Positions 60,815-64,000 of a DNA stretch of 64,000 bases are shown here, piece by piece. Within the stretch, counting starts at the first letter, position 1, and each line of letters starts with the position of its first letter. A program made the translations under genes and the position numbers. A model generated the notes under the pieces. It saw nothing but the letters and a program-made list of their open reading frames with translations. It was not told the DNA's origin and did no database searches. Source of the stretch: Chrysomallon squamiferum (taxonomy: Eukaryota > Animalia > Mollusca); NCBI GenBank assembly GCA_012295275.1, contig CM022667.1:3720001-3784000 (forward strand), in the 5' to 3' direction.

Positions 60815-62670
60815 GTGAGTTATAACAAAGGTTCCAGTTGTTGTTATATCACACAATACAAACATATTTAGAAATTTCACAAGCATTGTTAGTTGCTTAA
60901 TTATTAAAATAATAAACAAAATAAGGATTTAAAGATATTTTAACTGACAGAACATAAAGCTGTTATATTTAAGAATTACATAACAAATATATAACATCAG
61001 ATATTTTTTAGTATAATAATCCATTTCATTTTCAGTACAAATATAATGCTTAATAACACACACACACACATATAATATTATAATATATTTCCAGTATAAT
61101 GGTTAACATAAAGACCTGTTCGGTACAGCAGCACCAGTGGAGTCGAAGAAAAGAGGGTTGCAGACTAAAACTCGAATCTTTCGTATACTGCCAAGTGGCA
61201 CATTTGTCAGACTTTGCCAGCGAACTGCAACTGACATCGTGTGCCAGTACACCTCTCTAGTGTTGCTGAAATGTTCGATGCTGTCTCGATCAACAATACT
61301 CAGTTGAAAATACACACCCGCTTTTCTGCAAAAGAAGGAAAAATATAATTTGCAAGAGTATGTAAGAAAGAAAAAAATATTTCTTAAAGACATTTTTGAG
61401 AATTATGTTTGAAATAAATATTTATTTTAAGAAGTGTTTAGTAAATAAATCTATGAGTATTATCAATATAATAAAAAAAAAGAATGTAAATAATTTCTAT
61501 ATATATATGTTAAAACGACATCAAGTGTAAAATTAATATATCAGTGGCAAAATCAATTAGTCACGTATATTAAGTCAAATAAATATTTTCATTAAATAAA
61601 ACAAATTATTTATTTATTTCACAAATTTGATAATAATAATTACTGCATCTATTACTTATTCATAAAAGTATTTTAGTTATTTATTTTACAAATTTTAGAA
61701 GTACTTGAAGCATAATATAAATATTGTAAAGTGAAATAGTTTAAAAATGAATCACTCTAACTTGAGAGCTTTGTCTGTGTGTCGAGGAAGGCCAGTGTAT
61801 GGATGTACAGCTTTCAACATGTGAAAAGCCAATTTGTTCCTTTGTTCTGAACATCTACAAAAACAAAAACAAAACATATCAGAATAGGTCAGAACTGGAA
61901 ATATATATATATATATATATATATACAGTAAGTCATTAAAATATATTTAAAAAAAATATTTTTTTTTTTTTTTATTATTCATTTATATTTTTTATCTTCT
62001 TAACCCAAATTAACATTCACAACAAAATGAAATTACTGAAAAATTAATAAATAATTAAAATAATGACTGAGATACAGATAGTGAGATGAGTTACAGATAA
62101 TGAATAGACAAAAATATCAATAGTAATATTAATAAATTATAAATATGTTTCAACTTTACTCACTGACATTACCCCTTGGTAATATAGAATATAAAAATAA
62201 AATAACAAAAACAAAATAAATAAATGAGTTACCTTTTAATACACAATTGTTTCCAGTAAGAAAACGGAGGTTTTTCTGTTGTCTTGGCAACTTTTGTTCC
62301 TGGTAGTTTAGATGCATAATGGTGAAAAATGCCTTCCCACAAGCAGCTGAAATTGCAAGAAATATTTTTTTTTTAGAATACTACAAAATCAATATATTGA
62401 TGTTTTATTCATTGAAGAAAAAGCTATTTACTGAAATAAAACTCTAATCCAAAGAAAATTCTGATATATCTGTGTTGAATACAAATGATAAAACTTTGAC
62501 AAGTCTATAATGTAACTTAGAAATTTTAATTTTCATTCTTATGTTTTTATAATGTTAAACTTCAGATAAAAAGAGAGAAATTCCTGCAGTACTAAAATAA
62601 ATCTAGTACAGTACATTAAGCTTAAGCAGTGAGATTGTTATAATAAATATTTTGATGAGTCTTACTTGAC

Positions 62671-62706
<36 letters not shown>

Positions 62707-64000
62707 CAGTGATCAGAAATCTAAGCCAGCAAGGAAGTTAGATAACTCTTACTTGTCATTAGCAATTCCCTGCCAGTGGTGACAAACAGAAGCTGCTCTG
62801 AGAAGATTCGATGCATCAAGATATTGGAAAATCTTCAAAAGTATTTCATCCGGCAAACTGAAAAAAAAAAAAAATAATAATAATAAAATAAAATGAAATA
62901 AAATGAAAATAAATTTAAAAAAAAATAAAAAAAAAAAAAAAAAAATGTTCTTAATAAATATTTTAAATTAAAATAACAGTCAATAAATTAATTTCAAACA
63001 TATATATTATTGTTATAACCTTTCCATTTAAATAATATAAATACAGTAAATGTAAGTTTATCAGAGGGTACTGTAATTAAAATAACAACAAAAATTAATT
63101 ATAAATATACTATTATAATAAATTATTATTCCTTTTCCATTTAAATAATATATTGCTTTATTAAAGGATGCTGTAATTAAAATAACAAATTAAATCAAAT
63201 TAATTAAAAAACAAAAAATAAAAAATTATATATACTTCTGCTATAAACTTATCTTTTATATAACACAGAATATGTAACTTTATCAAAGGGCACTGAGTCA
63301 GTGTATGTACTTTCCTGTCAATGGGAAAGTTAAATAAAGCATTCCTTTCTGCTTACAAATATTGCAGATGAGAAAACAAAAAGTACTGACTGAAGATGTG
63401 AATTAAAAAACCAAACAAAAAAACAAAACTTACTTATTGATTGTTGCTTTGCCATGAAAATTTATTTTTCTGCTGCCAGTCTGACTTGATCTTTTTGCAG
63501 TGGAGTGAAATCCTGACTGAGATGTACAACTACTGCTGAAATTGAATATATTGTTATATTTTTCACTAATGTTTTAGTCATTAACTAGTAATAATAAAAA
63601 AATTTGAAAATTAAAAACACAAAAAATATCAACACATTTCAGCAAATATGTTGGGTTTTTGTTGTTTGTTGTTTTTTTTTTGGGGTTTTTTTTAAATGAT
63701 AATGTTTTTCTAAGACATCCTCTGTGAAATTAAACTAAAATAATGTGAAACTAAACTGTAGAAGACTGTAATTACTATTATCTTATCTAATAAACAAATA
63801 ATCAGTCAGTGCAGCTATGATTCATTCTGCAAAAGAAATAAGAAACACATGTATTGCTTTTTCAGATTTTCCTTAGTTGTTATTATTATTATTATTATTA
63901 TTTATCTATCTATTACCTGTTTGGTTTCTGCTGATACTGTTGTCTACCTTTCACAGAGGTAATGTTTATCTTTGGTTTTCCTTCGCTACTCGTTTGTTTA
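57164..64000 (-). CDS. FBXO15: F-box only protein 15-like; 5' end lies beyond the window (15 exons, about 497 aa inside the window)
   Basis: Exons (minus) 63917-64000+, 63434-63535, 62753-62857, 62233-62346, 61762-61854, 61116-61325, 60416-60551, 59947-60029, 59529-59584, 59090-59188, 58735-58850, 58389-58450, 58172-58209, 57819-57904, 57164-57274; all phase-consistent. F-box LPDEILLKIFQYLDASNLLRAASVCHHWQGIANDNCLW; FBXO15-type HPYTGLP, IAFVTAGFHFHNLV, YELPPH..DDIDPCYGLHNF, LPWKTELFKG, MLDE..FWAVSS, IDEWFGTSY. Confidence 0.9.
60720..60810. repeat. (GA)n/(GGGA)n microsatellite in an FBXO15 intron
   Basis: Direct reading. Confidence 0.95.
63015..63296. repeat. Diverged tandem duplication in an FBXO15 intron
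   Basis: cctt(t)tccatttaaataatata, ctgtaattaaaataacaa and atgtaa(g/c)tttatca(g/a)aggg(t/c)actg each occur twice. Confidence 0.7.

Overview
This is AT-rich, microsatellite-dense eukaryotic (animal) genomic DNA. An invertebrate such as a mollusc is plausible, but that is inference. By reading GT-AG junctions and checking phases by hand I reconstructed six spliced genes: NKIRAS/kappaB-Ras (+, 2203-6027), VPS4 (-, 9671-17242), ACSF3 (+, 18723-23960), TENT4/PAPD5-7 (-, 33906-45831), CCDC167 (-, 52854-54465) and FBXO15 (-, 57164 to beyond 64000). NKIRAS and CCDC167 are essentially invisible in the ORF track. The main anomaly is that the head-to-head pair VPS4 and ACSF3 each carry exactly one extra base in a conserved exon (GAG-TTT-CCT and GTG-AAA-GTC). 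In both, a +1 shift onto a synonymous codon restores the conserved protein. Assembly homopolymer error is the most parsimonious explanation, but it needs read-level checking. Other notable items are duplicated splice junctions in three genes, uORFs overlapping the NKIRAS start, an M-box-containing bidirectional promoter, a PTS1-like QRL end on ACSF3, a hAT MITE with a target-site duplication, and a CpG-rich/microsatellite mosaic upstream of TENT4. No rRNA, intact tRNA or CRISPR array was found, and I cannot demonstrate a wholly new biological system from the sequence alone.
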